Shown here piece after piece: positions 1 to 12,773 of a stretch of 64,000 bases of DNA. The notes below the pieces were generated by a model. The model was not told the origin of the DNA, did not search any database, and saw only the letters and a program-made list of their open reading frames with translations. Position numbers and translations under genes: made by a program. How positions within the stretch are numbered: position 1 is the first letter of the stretch; the number at the start of each line of letters is the position of its first letter. Origin of the DNA: Podarcis muralis. Lineage: Eukaryota. Location of the stretch: contig NC_135655.1 in NCBI RefSeq assembly GCF_964188315.1, positions 34,100,001 through 34,164,000 on the forward strand. The letters run 5' to 3'.

Positions 1-399
1 GAGAGATAGCAATGTGTGAATACTACCAATACTGCAGTCCCAAATCCGTCACAAGATATTGAAAACACACATGTACATTGCAAACCTTACCTATGTTAGT
101 GCTGCAGCAGAATAATATTTTATTCTGATAACCTTTTATTACCTGCCTTCATCAGTAGTCAAGAGGTCTGTATTCACTGGAAAGCAGGTGCAAATATGAA
201 ATTTTAATTTCTTTTCAGGTCGACATTCAGCTCAGCCAATGGGTGGAAGCTCTGCCGTTGGACTACGATGTGTTTTTCGAAGAAGTTGCTGATAGGGAAG
301 CACTTGAACAAATTCACTTGTACAGAATTCTCTAATGCAAATGTGTACTGATATTGAAATTGCATTGAATTGCAGTTCTACAGTTCTTTTTTCAAGAAT

Positions 400-1345
400 T
401 CTTATTTTTATTCCTGTTTTTCATAATGCAAATGCAAATGCATAAACAATGAGCAATAAGAATAACCCAAACAGAGAGGCATACAAAAGCTCAAATAAAG
501 TTCTTCTTTTGATATATTCATTTTTGTCAGTTGAGTGAGTCCTTCCATAAAGAGCCATGGGTTGTCGGTGGGGTTGGAGTTGAGTGTGAGGAGGGCACAA
601 ATGATATAAAGCTGAACCTTATTGTATCAAAGTCATTTTATTGTCCTCTGCCAATTTTTTGTCTGCCACTACGGAATCCCAAGCCCTCCTTGTTTGGTTC
701 ATACAATACAATTTTTGATAACCTGGATATTTTGCCATTGTGTATAAATTAATTAGTAGGATTTTGTTTTGTTTTTTTGCCAGTTTTGAATCTTGTTGCG
801 AGTTAGTGGTATGGGTAGTACTTGGAATAAGTATGTCAGTGGAGGTAATGCATTCATTTTGATTGTTGCAATCTTGCTTAACCATGCTATATTTAATTTT
901 GACCAGTTCATAAGCTCCTTGTATATCTTCCATGATAAAACATTATAGTTAAATTTTTCTATTGGTTTTTAATTCTTTGGTATAAAAATTTCAATGTATT
1001 TTATAATGTGTTGATATGCCTGTTTGTTCTGTGCTTTCTGTGTTTATGTTAAAGCACGGAATTACTGATTTTTGAGAATTGATTTGAAGACCTGCCCAAA
1101 TGCTGTTATTAAGTTCATTCCTTATATGACTGATTTCTTTCTGGGTTTGTGAACAATAGTAAGATGTCATCTGCAAACATGCGTATTTTATGTTGTGTGT
1201 TGTTAATGAAAATACCTGATATAGTTTGATCTGATCTGATTTTGATTGCTAACAAAGGGGAGAGTTCAACGTCCATACGCATGGCCCCACTTGTGGTTTG
1301 GGCGGTATTCTCCATTTTGATGGATCATTGATACCATCCCCTAAT
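400..1345 (-). mobile_element. Degraded L1/Tx1-like LINE ORF2 relic
   Basis: LSPLLAIKIRSD...HKIRMFADDILL (RT FADD motif) at 1115-1315; A-rich minus strand; interrupted by a hAT at 1347. Confidence 0.7.
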
Positions 1346-1346
1346 G

Positions 1347-1608
1347 CATGGGTAGGCAAACTAAGGCACGGGGGCCGGATCCGGCCCAATTGCCTTCTAA
1401 ATCCAGCCCGCAGACAGTCCGGGAATCAGCGTGTTTTTACATGAGTAGAATGTGTGCTTTCACTTAAAATGCATCTCTGGGTTATTTGTGGGGAATATGA
1501 ATTCGTTCATTCCCCCCCCCCCAAAAAAAAATATAGTCTGCCCCCCCACAAGGTCTGAGGGACAGTGGAGTGGACCAGCCCCCTGCTGAAAAAGTTTGCT
1601 GACCCCTG
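1347..1608 (+). mobile_element. Non-autonomous hAT (Charlie-like) element
   Basis: Ends CATGGGTAGGCAAACT / AGTTTGCTGACCCCTG; near-TSD ccctaatg/acctaatg; same family as 37332-37651. Confidence 0.8.
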
Positions 1609-2728
1609 CACCTAATGCTTTTATTACTGCATTCCATTTAGAAACTAGATCACTGTGCATTTTAGTTATGTATTCAGGAGGTCTTGTCTCTTTTTGGGTA
1701 GTTTTTAAGGCTTTTAGCCATCTCAGGTCCTATTGTTCCTTCTTCAGTTAATGTGTCACTTACCCCTCATTCTCTGATAGCAACATAGCTGTGAAGATTT
1801 CTTTATTTATTCAGAAATGTGGCGGATACCATTCCTTGTGATCTTTGCTGAGGACCAATGAGTAAGTGGTGTAAATTGTATATTTAATGCTGTTCAAGAG
1901 GCAGGAGCTCAGAGTTAACCTGCCATCTTTGGTGGTGATGTCAGCACCACCCAGTTCTACACTGAGCACTCTGTGGAGGGAGCAGCCCTTTGTGTCAAGA
2001 TAAAATATGTGGAAAGCAAGAGATACATTCCTCTTTATGTAAATGAGGAAGGATTTTAAACAGAACCTGCCTGGTTTATTTCAAATTAGGATTGTTAATT
2101 ACTTTTGTCCCTGGTTAAAGAACTGTGGAAATGCTGCCTTTACCAAGTTCTAAAATAGTCCCCCCCCCTTTTTTTTGTTTGTTTGGACTGGAATTATTTT
2201 CACTTGTCCCTAGTGTTTAAATATATGGTACTTAGCAGAGGTGACTCTTCCTATGTACTGCATCTTGTTTTAAAGGGCTTACAAAAAATAAATAAATCTC
2301 TAGGGAATGCCTTTTTTGCTAGCTTCTCAGCATTAAAACCAGAACTGAAGACAGTTGTTTTAATCCAAAGGTTGGAAGCCTTATACCACAAACAGATCAT
2401 TTGGATGATGATCTGACTTTTCTGTGCACATGTTTCATGCATACATACCTGCATTTTCAGTCGGTTTATTCTGCTGATTGCCATCCACACCAGTGGGCAG
2501 ATCAAATGCTACCAGCCTTGAGTCACAATTGGCAAAATTGAGGCTTTTGCTTTTGGGGGAAGATGCAGTATCAATTTATGTTTGGTTTTATAAATAAAAT
2601 ACTTTTATTTCATAAAATTTATATACTTCTTGAATGTGAAAAACAAAACAACAAAAAACATGAAAGCAAGTGGGGGGGAATCGCTCTCAAATACCAAGGT
2701 CTGGAGCAACTGTAATAATCACCTAACT

Positions 2729-3004
2729 AAAAGGTAAAGGGACCCCTGACCATTAGGTCCAGTTGTGGCCGACTCTGGGGTTGTGACGCTCATCTCGTTT
2801 TATTGGCCGAGGGAACCGGCGTAGAGCTTCCGGGTCATGTGGCCAGCATGACTAAGCCGCTTCTGGCGAATCAGAGCAGCGCACGGAAACGCCGTTTACC
2901 TTCCCACCGGAGCGGTACCTATTTATCTACTTGCACTTTGACGTGCTTTCAAACTGCTAGGTTGGCAAGAGCCGGGACTGAGCAAAGGGAGCTCACCTCG
3001 TCGC
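2729..3004 (-). mobile_element. Sauria SINE (subfamily A), 5'-truncated
   Basis: AAAGGTAAAGG tail; body matches copies at 35970 and 54489. Confidence 0.9.
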
Positions 3005-4591
3005 TATGTATTTACTTTATTTATTCTTTAAAAACTTGATGTCCATACTATAGTTGTAGTCTCAGTGTTCTCCCACACATACTGTGTGGTGTTGATAAAA
3101 CGGCTCCCTTAGCCAAATTGTTAAAATTTGAATGTGCCATCAACATGTAAAAACTGATGGAGCTAATCTCCCTTGTGTTTTTTGGACTGCCACACCGCAG
3201 ATGTATAACAGGTTATATTTAGTAACAGTAAAAGGATATTGGATTAATTTTTTTAAAACAAAATATAGCTTTGCATGTTGATAGCTACAGTGTTGTGAGC
3301 ACACTGCAAAAATTTGTGTGTGCGAACAGCACCAATCCTAAAATAAACTCACATCTGGAAGCATCCTGATTTTTCCCTTCGAGTCTGATTTTCATGTGAC
3401 AGTTGGGTGTAAGTTGATTATTGAACTATACTTAAAAGGTGTGGAGAATGTAAGAAGCATGCAAGAACAGGCAAGCATGCATACTAAGTAAATGCTGTTT
3501 TTCTTTTGAATAGGAAGAAGCGACAAAATATGTCTTGTAGCTCAGGTATAAGACGGTGCTTGAAACGGTGTTCACATGGATGAAAGATATCCAGGCACTT
3601 CTTTGTTAAAGACAAGGCCAAAGACACGGGCCCAAGTTTACATTCTCACAGCCAAGGGCTCTTCCCTCATGCCCGGGTATCTGTGTGAAGATCCTGCCAC
3701 AATTTAAGGTGGAGTTCCCTGAAGCAGAGAACTTTCACAACATTGCTTGAGAAACTGGGAACGTGAGCCACATCTGCCTTACTCCATAACTGCTTTTAAC
3801 TAAAGAAGAAGACAGTAATAGTGCAATCCCAGCACATCTAGTTTGGCGCTTGTATATAACCCAAGTTGTGTTCTTGATTAATGGCTAATAATAATAGTAA
3901 TAATAATAATAATTGATATTTATTAATTTAGTAACCAACAACAAAGACATTGCATTAATCCACTAAGAATCATACTGCAACTTGATTATTTTACTAATCC
4001 CTAAAAACAGACATATGTGATTAGGAATTTGTGGGGGCTAGCTCAACACGTATTTCTTGTATTTATTATAATCCTACCACTAGATGGCATTCAAAACATT
4101 AAGGTCCACTTTTTCGGAAGCAGCTGCTAGCCTTTGGCTTTAAATGTCATTTGTGGAAGTGGCCTCAACCTTTCATTGAGCCTCTAATAAGATGTGGTGC
4201 AGCCATCAAGAATTGAATATTGGACTTGACAAGTTTCTTTTCTAGCCACTGATGGAGGAAAAGTGCCCCCTCTACCCCATCTGCTTTAAAAAAAAAAATG
4301 CTTCAGCCCAATGCTTATACATAACTTTTTTATATTATATGGTGGGTGTTGAGATAAGCAACTACCTAAAAAAAGGGGGAGGAGGAAACGAAACATTTAG
4401 GATATGGGGAAGAACTACAGTGCTGGGAGACACTGCCCCATTGAAACTCATTTGTTGAAAATATGAAATTACATGAAGCGAGTACAGTACAGATGAACCA
4501 GAGGCAAGTGAAGAACATAGTGGCCAGTCTAATTCTCATTTCTTGTTCAGTGAGGGATGTCTTGATCCTTTTTATGTAGGGTGTGTTTGGA

Positions 4592-4617
<26 letters not shown>
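4592..4617. repeat. (GT)13 microsatellite
   Basis: Direct reading. Confidence 0.95.
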
Positions 4618-4622
<5 letters not shown>

Positions 4623-5420
4623 GGCTTTTTGTGAGGCAAATACAACCTGGGGAGAAGGTACCTGTGTAGGACAACTTCTCCCATATGAAACTGCTTAGCA
4701 CTGCAGCCACCTTTTGAAATGAGGTGTAGTGACATGAAAGAGGGGCTTTTTAGTAGCAGCATCTCTTGAACTCAGTTTACCCATTCTTTTAATGGGTTTT
4801 TAGTTAATTTGTTGACCCCTTTAATCTTCTGGGCCAGCTCTTTTAAGTACAGTGTAGTTTAAGCTTATTCTATTAGCAATATCTGCCCTGGCTATGGTGA
4901 AACCATTTTACTTCTCTAACAGGCCTTTTGTTCCTATCCAAAACTGAGCATAGACAAGGGAGACTGACGAAGATGTCCTATCTTTGAAATATTCTTCTTT
5001 GGCGATCACCTGTGGCCGAGTAAGATTGACTTCCATGAAGACTATTTTAACGGTGTGTCCGTTACTGTGGAGGCCAATTCTGGATATATCTTTGAAATAT
5101 CCACATGCTAGCACCCCTGTTAACCCTCAAGGAGGTTTAATAACACTGTTTATTACAACAAGAATAGCGGCAAAAAGAGGAAAAGCAACATAAATCATTA
5201 AAACTACACAGGGCTAAAAGATTGTGATGTAATCATGTAACAAATGTGCCAGAGGAACAGATTCCATAGACTAGGAGCGACCACAGGAAAAGGCTTTATC
5301 TTTAATCTCACCTCTAAAGGCAAAGGCAATTTAGCAAAAGAGCTTAGCACAAGGACAGGTTCAAATTCAAATTGGAGTGGGAGACTATTGCTAACTGTTC
5401 TACTCATTCACACTTAAGAA

Positions 5421-6451
5421 ACAAAAAAAATTCCTTCCAGTAGCACCTTAAAGACCAACTAAGTTAGTTCTTGGTATGAGCTTTCGTGTGCATGCACACT
5501 TCTTCAGATACACTGAAACAGAAGTTGCCAGATCCTTCTATATAGTGAGAAGGTGGGGAGGGGTATTACTCAGAGGAGGGTGGGGATGGGTGATTGGCAG
5601 ATAGCTGTGATGAGCCTGTTGACGACTATTAACGACTGCAGTAGGTCTTACAGGAAAAAGCAAGGGGTGAGAAGGTGAAAAATGGCTTTGTCATGTATAG
5701 TGAGATAAGAATCCAATGTCTTTATTCAGGCCAGGTGTCTCCATGGTTTTAAGTTTGGTAATGATTTGCAATTCAGCAGCTTCTCTTTCCAGTCTATTTC
5801 TGAAATTCCTTTGTAGTAAAACAGCTACTTTGAGATCTTGTATAGAATGTCCTGGGAGATTGAAGTGTTCTCCTACTGGTTTCTCTGTCTTGTGATTCTT
5901 GATGTCAGATTTATGTCCGTTTATTCTTTGGCGTAAGGTTTGGCCTGTTTGTCCAATATAGAGAGCTGAAGGACACTGTTGGCATTTGATGGCATACACA
6001 ATGTTAGACGATGAGCAATTAAATAGTCCAGAGATGGTGTGTGTGATGTTGTTGGGGCCAGTAATGGTGTTGTCCGGGTGTATGTGGCAGCAAAGTTGGC
6101 ATCTGGGTTTATTGCAGGCTCTGGTGCCAGTGTCCGTGTTAAGTCTGGTTGTAGTATTATTGTGGGTTAGGAGTTGTTTAAGATTGGGTGGCTGTCTGTA
6201 GGCAATGAAAGGTCTTCCTCCCAGAGCTTGAGAAAGAGAACTGTCATTGTCCAGGAGAGGTTGTAGATCTCTGATGATGCGTTGTACTGTTTTAACTTGG
6301 GAGCTGTATGTGATGACTAGAGGAGTTCTGTTATTTTCTTTTTTGGGTCTGTCTTGCAGCAAGTTCTCTCTGGGTATCAGTCTGGCTCTGTTGATCTGTT
6401 GTCTAACTTCATCTGCTGGGTATTTTAGTTCTAAAAAGGTTTGCTGTAGAT
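5421..6451 (-). mobile_element. Penelope-like element, 5'-truncated, with GIY-YIG endonuclease ORF remnant (5691-6362) and 3' UTR/pLTR
   Basis: NIVYAIKCQQCPSALYIGQTGQTLRQRINGHKSDI (GIY-YIG), RCQLC zinc motif; flanked by 10-bp TSD CACTTAAGAA (5411-5420, 6452-6461). Confidence 0.92.
5474..5511 (-). ncRNA. Minimal type I hammerhead ribozyme motif in the Penelope 3' region
   Basis: Minus-strand RNA GUAU-CUGAAGA-A-GUGUGCAUGCACAC-GAAA-GCUC/AUAC: stem I GUAU:AUAC, core CUGAnGA...GAAA, UC cleavage site. Confidence 0.75.
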
Positions 6452-7575
6452 CACTTAAGAAGGTTTAACTATTGATATGAGTTTGGTTGAACTGATTAGA
6501 ATGAATAGGCTTATCTTTTTTCCCTGACATCCCTCATGGATTAGCAGAGACTTGACAAAAAGGTGAACTGTTCCTTGAGGGATTGAAACTTCTACCTTTT
6601 GGAAAGTGATATCCTCAAGGACGACACAAAACCTTTTGCCCGAAGCAAAGCACCAGAAGTCACCACAAATCTGCACCCACGCCCCTAGTCATGGTTCATG
6701 GTTCCCAAAGGCTGTTCAAGTTATTTTGGCACCTGAGGCAGAAAGTTTTAAAGTGCCTTTCACCCTCCCAGCAATAAGAATACAGTAATAAATGAGGTAA
6801 CCAACAATTGACTGACTTTAAATGGCATCCACAGCCAGCAACCTTAGATAGTCACGCCCTCTTATCTAACGGTAAGATCAACCCTGGTTGTCCCCCCGTT
6901 TGTAGGAGAGACAGAAAAATATATTTTGCTTTAGAATTTGAACACAGAGGCATTCTGAAGCTGGAGTTGGATAAAACTAGCATTCAACCCCACCCCAGGG
7001 GGGTCCAACTAGTTGCTGGAAATACTTCCTGGTTTCCTTTGTGTTTATCCCTTGCTATGAGTTTCTTAGCAGAAGCTCTTGACCACAGGAGCTCCAGCTT
7101 AGACCTGTGTACTACTTTTGCCACTATGGTAGGAAGCTGTCAAAGTGAACGATACCTGCCAGAGATGTGGGCTACGATTTATTACACCTTGTGTGATTTC
7201 TTAAATGCTGTGTACGCCTCCCATAGTTTTATCTTTATAGTGGATCTCAGGTGTTTTGCAATTACAGTACAGCATAGCTGAGGAACCTTTCAGAGCCTGA
7301 GGAGCCACACTCCCGTCAAGACAGCCTTCTGAGGGTCATCTGCTAGTGGTGTGTTGGGTCGGAGGCAGAAGTTGGTGGAGCAAGTGATGTAAATTTTAAC
7401 TTTGTACAGCAGGCTAGTTTTTGCATACACTCACACACTCCACTTTACCCACCATTCAGAGAATGGAGTGGCATTGCTGGACTTCAAGGAAGCAGTCTAG
7501 AAAGACAGAAAGACTTGGGTTGCAAAGTAGGGCCTATGAAGAAAATGCCCTGTAGAGAGTTATGAGGACCACACA

Positions 7576-8095
7576 CAGACCCTCCAAGTGTCCCTATTTT
7601 CCAGGGACAGTCCCAGATTAACAGAAGCCATCCCAGTTTCTGATTTGATCCCGGAATGTCCCCCTTTTCCTTAAAAGGTAAAGGTAAAGGTACCCCTGCC
7701 CGTACGGGCCAGTCTTGACAGACTCTAGGGTTGTGCGCCCATCTCACTCAAGAGGCCGGGGGCCAGCGCTGTCCGGAGACACTTCCAGGTCACGTGGCCA
7801 GCGTGACATCGCTGCTCTGGCGAGCCAGAGCCGCACACGGAAACGCCGTTTACCTTCCCGCTAGTAAGCGATCCCTATTTATCTACTTGCACCCAGGGGT
7901 GCTTTCGAACTGCTAGGTTGGCAGGCGCTGGGACCAAACAACGGGAGCGCACCCCGCCGCGGGGATTCGAACCACCGACCTTTCGATCGGCAAGCCCTAG
8001 GCGCTGAGGCTTTTAACCCACAGCGCCACCCGCGTCCCCCCCCCCCTTTTCCTTAGGACGTCTCTATTTTCATTGGAGAAATGTTGGAGGGTATA
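7576..8095. mobile_element. Short TIR element (ACCCTCCAA...TTGGAGGGT) hosting a nested SINE
   Basis: Inverted termini; right end repeated at ~8283-8325. Confidence 0.6.
7674..8041 (-). mobile_element. Sauria SINE (subfamily B), full length
   Basis: tRNA-like head GGGACGCGGGTGGCGCTGTGG, ACCTTT tail, TSD cccccttttcctta. Confidence 0.92.
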
Positions 8096-10122
8096 GAGTT
8101 CTGTGACCTTCGAGCCAAGGTGGTGGTAAGTAACTATACAACCTTTAGAAGACCGCTGAAGGCAGCCCTGTATATTTTTTTTATATTTAATGTTGTTTTC
8201 ATATATGTTGGAAGCTGCCCAGAGTTGCTGGGGCAACCCAGTAAGATGTGTGGGGTATAAATAATAAAATTATCATTATGAAATTGGACGTCCCTATTTT
8301 CATCAGAGAAATGTTGGAGGGTATGCACATAGAGAGGCCTGGAAAGCTGCATTCAGAACCTGAGCCTGAAGCCCAACTCTCTACCATCCTAGCTTCCAGC
8401 AGACAGTCCACCCAGCACATCTATAAATTCACCTGATGGGCCTTTGTCAGGTACTAGGCACATAGAAGCAGGTGGAAACCTTAGGTACCTTACAGGTCTG
8501 TGGCAGGGCTCTTCTATATTATTGCGGCTGACTAGAGTTTCGGGGGGGGTGCTTCATCATTCAGGAGATACTGCATGTGATGTTGGCATGTTATACATGT
8601 GTTGTATAATGGGGGGTTCAGTGGCTGAGATGTTCTAAAGTAGTATACAGGATCTAGTCCACATCTCCTTTCCCTTTGCTATCAATCTTTAAGAGCGCCA
8701 ATGGGTGGATGGCGGTACAAGAGCCTTCATGTACTTTTACTGTTGGCCTTAATACAGAACCAGAAAGAGGAGTTGAACAAGCAAAATAATATACTAGAGC
8801 AGGATAGCCAAAATGGTCCCAAGGTTAATGAACTACAATTCCCATCATCTCTAACCATTGGCCACATTGGCTGGGGTTGAGTGATGGTGGAGGCCAGTAG
8901 CATCTGCAGGACACCTGGTTGGCTGTCCCTCACAAAAAGAGAAGTTCAGGACATGCTTGCCATTTTTTCCCTCCCATGTCTGGATTTGTGTCCCTCTTCC
9001 CCAGTGTGCCCCCTACTCCCAGCAGCCATGAGCCACGTGATCAGGATTATTATATGCTTCATCAGTGAGAGATTGCAGTATCTATTCAATTTAAGGATAG
9101 GTTATGGAGCTTTCTCAGGGGCAACTGCAACCTACCTATTTATTTGCCTGGACGTATATTGCAACTCATCTTAAGCAAGCAGGCCAGTGACAATCACACT
9201 TCTGCTCAAATATTTTATTTTTTTTAACTGTTTATTCAGAAGACCATAGTTTTGCAGAACACAACACTGCTTGCAGTTTCATATTCAAGCTCTTTATTAC
9301 CGGTATGTATTTTGAGGGGAAAGGGTGTTTAGTTCCAAGCAAGTGTGCACAGAATTGTAACTTTATGTGATTACAAACCCACTGTTCTGAAACCACTTCA
9401 AGGCAGTTTGAGGCCCATAGTTCTGCTGAAGCAAGGAACTTGCAACTAACTGTTCAGATTGAAGACTTTATCCCCCCACCCTATTTGTATGAACAGGGCT
9501 TTCGTCTATAAACAACCCATCCTGTGCAATTAGGCACAACAAAATTCTCATTTAAGGCATTATTGTAAATAAAATGTCTCAAGTGCTGCATATGAACTTT
9601 TGCAGAAATTGCATATTTGAAGTTGACCTGTGTATATTTAGGATCCCAGCTGTGTTAGTGTGTTGCAGAAAACACAATAAAACTCTTCCGTATTTTAGCA
9701 AATTTATAAGCCTTTATGGGCCAGAACTCACTTCATCAGCTACATGAAGTAGTCTCTATAGTGAAAAACCATAAGGCCTCTTGAGCAGTAGGTAAAATGA
9801 ATACAAGATCCAATCAACATGGGTGTGGCCCACTGTTAGATTGCATTAAGTGTTATAATTGTGCTACCACCAAGAGCCCATTTACCGGTACTTTGAATCC
9901 ATTTCAATGGAACTGACAAAAATTAAATACTTGGGTTTTAAACTGTTTAAATTTTAACATTGGAATTGGCTACACTATTGTACCAAGTAAAGAAGTAACC
10001 CTTTCTGGCATAACCTTATAAAGATGCAGAAAAATAAATATTTCTTTAATGGATCATCAGACTAGCTTTAAGTAAAATTCCATTGAATAAGCCTGATAAT
10101 TTATTTGTTTAGTTGTTCCATT

Positions 10123-10333
10123 TATTCACCACCTTTTCTTCCAAGGAGCTCAGTGTGGTGTACATGGGTCTCCTCCTCCCCATTTCACCCTCACAACAAC
10201 CCTGTGAGGTAGGTTAGGATTATAGATGATGACTGGCCCAAGGTCACCCAGTGAGCTTTATGGCTGAGTGGGGATTTGAACCCTGCTCTCCCAGGTCGTA
10301 GTCCAGCACTCTAACCATTACACAACACTGGCT
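10123..10333 (-). mobile_element. tRNA-derived MIR/Squam-type SINE
   Basis: ctcacaacaaccctgtgaggtagg...ggatttgaaccc...ctctaaccattacac pattern; related diverged copies at ~27765-27910, ~39243-39420, ~59995-60140. Confidence 0.65.
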
Positions 10334-10517
10334 ACTGAAAAACCAATAAGCTACTGAAAAGCCATACCTAGACCTACTTGCAGGGTGAGGACCGAAAGAA
10401 ATACAATTTGGGATTTTAAAAGAAAAACAGAAACTGTCCTAAGCGTATGAACTGGATAAAGAATCAATTGTAAGACTTGGGATGAGGAGAGGGATGGTTT
10501 TTTGGGACTCATAGCAG

Positions 10518-10801
10518 CCCTGAGTGCTCACTGGAAGGACAGATCCTGAAGCTGAGACTCCAATACTTTGGCCACCTCATGAGAAGAGAAGACTCCCTGG
10601 AAAAGACCCTGATGTTGGGGAAGATGGAGGGCACAAGGAGAAGGGGACGACAGAGGACGAGATGGTTGGATAGTGTTCTTGAAGCTACCAGCATGAGTTT
10701 GACCAAACTGTGGGAGGCAGTGGAAGACAGGAGTGCCTGGCGTGCTCTGGTCCATGGGGTCACAAAGAGTCAGAAATGACTAAACGACTAAACAACAACA
10801 A
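10518..10801 (+). mobile_element. RTE-BovB LINE 3' end
   Basis: MRREDSLEKTLMLGKMEGTRRRGRQRTRWLD; GACTAAAC(AAC)n tail. Confidence 0.92.
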
Positions 10802-11064
10802 GAAGCAGTGCTCTGATAGCCCAAGTCTAATCCCATTGATTCAAAAGTAACATCTCACCACCTGGCATCTGTAGTGCTTACTACTTGGTGAATATTTAGT
10901 TATTGTTAGGTCCTGTTTTATCCTCCAGGAGTTTGGGGTGGCTAACAATCACCATAAATTATAATAAATACAGTAAAACAATAGTTAAAACACCAACAAA
11001 TCCACACCAACAATTAAAATATATAGTAGACAATAAAACTTTTAACAGTTATTCTTCATTCCAT

Positions 11065-11500
11065 TTGTTCCAAAAGCGGCTGGCTTGGTCATGCCCCCAG
11101 AATGGAAGCTGGCAGGATCCGCAAGGATGTGCTCTCCAGGGAGCTGGCTTCTGGCACCAGACCAATTGGCAGACCAATGCTGCGTTACAAAGATGTCTGC
11201 AGACATGACATGAAGGCTGGCAACATCGACCCTGCCATGTGGGAATCCCTTGCAGATGACCACAGTGCCTGGAGACAGGCAGTCAAGTCACATATCCATA
11301 GCAGTGACCAGAGGAGGAATGACCGCTGGGAAGAGTGCCATGGTGCATCTGCAGCAGTACAACTGGACACCTTCATCTGCTCCCAGCTGTAACAAAACAT
11401 GTCTCTTCCTGCATCAGCGCTGCAACCTTCCAACAGTTAGACCTCATTCTCAAAGGCGCATACTTCCATTGTCTCCCAAGACAGATGCCAATAACCACTC
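11065..11500 (+). mobile_element. RTE-clade LINE 3' fragment (non-BovB)
   Basis: RLAWLGHAPRMEAGRIRKDVL...GRPMLRYKDVCRHDMK...WRQAV. Confidence 0.8.
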
Positions 11501-11824
11501 TTAAGTTTGCATCTCATTTTTGTCAAGGTGGAAGACAACTAAGCATCACCTTGAAGTGAGTTCCACATATGGGAGCTGCCCCCGAGAAGCCCTGCTCAGT
11601 CATCATCTCACAGGCCATGTTTACCAACTGAACAATGAGCAGGACCATTCTCACCAGTCTTAAAGCATGGGTTGGTAGTTATTGGGAAGACACCCCTTTA
11701 GTTATTTGGGCTCAAAAGTCATACAAAGCTTTGTACATCTGTACACCATTAATTGGGCCTGACAGGTAAAAGGCCAGTGCTGAGTTTTAAGTATTGTAAT
11801 GTGGTAATGAGCTATTGTAATGAA

Positions 11825-12236
11825 GTGAGAGCTGGACCATAAAGAAGGCTGATCGCCGAAGAATTGATGCTTTTGAATTATGGTGCTGGAGGAGACTCTT
11901 GAGAGTCCCATGGACTGCAAGAAGATCAAACGCATCCATTCTTAAGGAAATCAGACCTGAGTGCTCACTGGAAGGACAGATCGTGAAGTTGAGGCTCCAA
12001 TACTTTGGCCACCTCATGAGAAGAGAAGACTCCCTGGAAAAGACCCTGATGTTGGGAAAGATGGAGGGCACAAGGAGAAGGGGACAACAGAGGATGAGAT
12101 GGTTGGATAGTGTTCTCGAAGCTACAAACATGAGCCTGACCAAACTACGGGAGGCGGTGGAAGACAGGAGTGCCTGGCATGCTCTGGTCCATGGGGTCAC
12201 GAAGAGTTGGACACGACTAAACGACTAAACAACAAC
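11825..12236 (+). mobile_element. RTE-BovB LINE 3' end
   Basis: ESWTIKKADRRRIDAFELWCWRRLLRVPWTARRSN; AAC tail. Confidence 0.93.
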
Positions 12237-12525
12237 GTGGTCTCATCAACACCAGCAGTTACAATTTGTTTTAAATGGTTACATTTACATGACAAATGGT
12301 AAAACAGCTTTAGGATCTCAGTTGGTATGAATGAATTTTAATTGTTCAGCTTTATGTATAAGAGGACATTCTTTTAATATATGTGTGTTTTAAAACCAGA
12401 ACACTTATCTTCTGAACAAGAACTCTGGAAATACAATGTGTATGTATTTCTGCTTCCCTATTTTAACTCTTTTGAATAAGGGACTTGGGGTTCATCCTGC
12501 ATGCAATATAGCTCTCATCCAAGTA

Positions 12526-12773
12526 CAGTGGTACCTTGGGTTACACACGCTTCAGGTTACATACGCTTCAGGTTACAGACTCCGCTAACCCAGAAATAGT
12601 ACCTCGGGTTAAGAACTTTGCTTCAGGATGAGAACAGAAATCGGGTGGCAGCAGTGCGGCGGCAGCAGCAGCAGGAGGCCCCATTAGCTAAAGTGGTGCT
12701 TCAGGTTAAGAACAGTTTCAGGTTAAGAACGGACCTCTGGAACGAATTAAGTACGTAACCAGAGGTACCACTG
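12526..12773 (+). mobile_element. Tc1/mariner (Tigger-like) MITE
   Basis: CAGTGGTACC...GGTACCACTG TIRs, TA TSD; same family at 32814, 40934, 42578. Confidence 0.9.

Noticed and set aside
153-188. Candidate exon upstream of 219
   Set aside because: The implied intron would be only 30 nt, too short for a vertebrate spliceosomal intron.
3514-3545. 32-nt candidate exon (tag|GAAGAAG...CTCAG|gtatag)
   Set aside because: Splice-like ends but no partner exons or recognisable product; such matches are common by chance.
4780-5200. Possible L1 relic behind the short ORFs at 4908-5193
   Set aside because: Too degraded to assign by eye; no clear RT motif.
6808-7281. 157-aa ORF with a TTG start
   Set aside because: No domain, no splice context and no coding-like composition; likely a chance frame.
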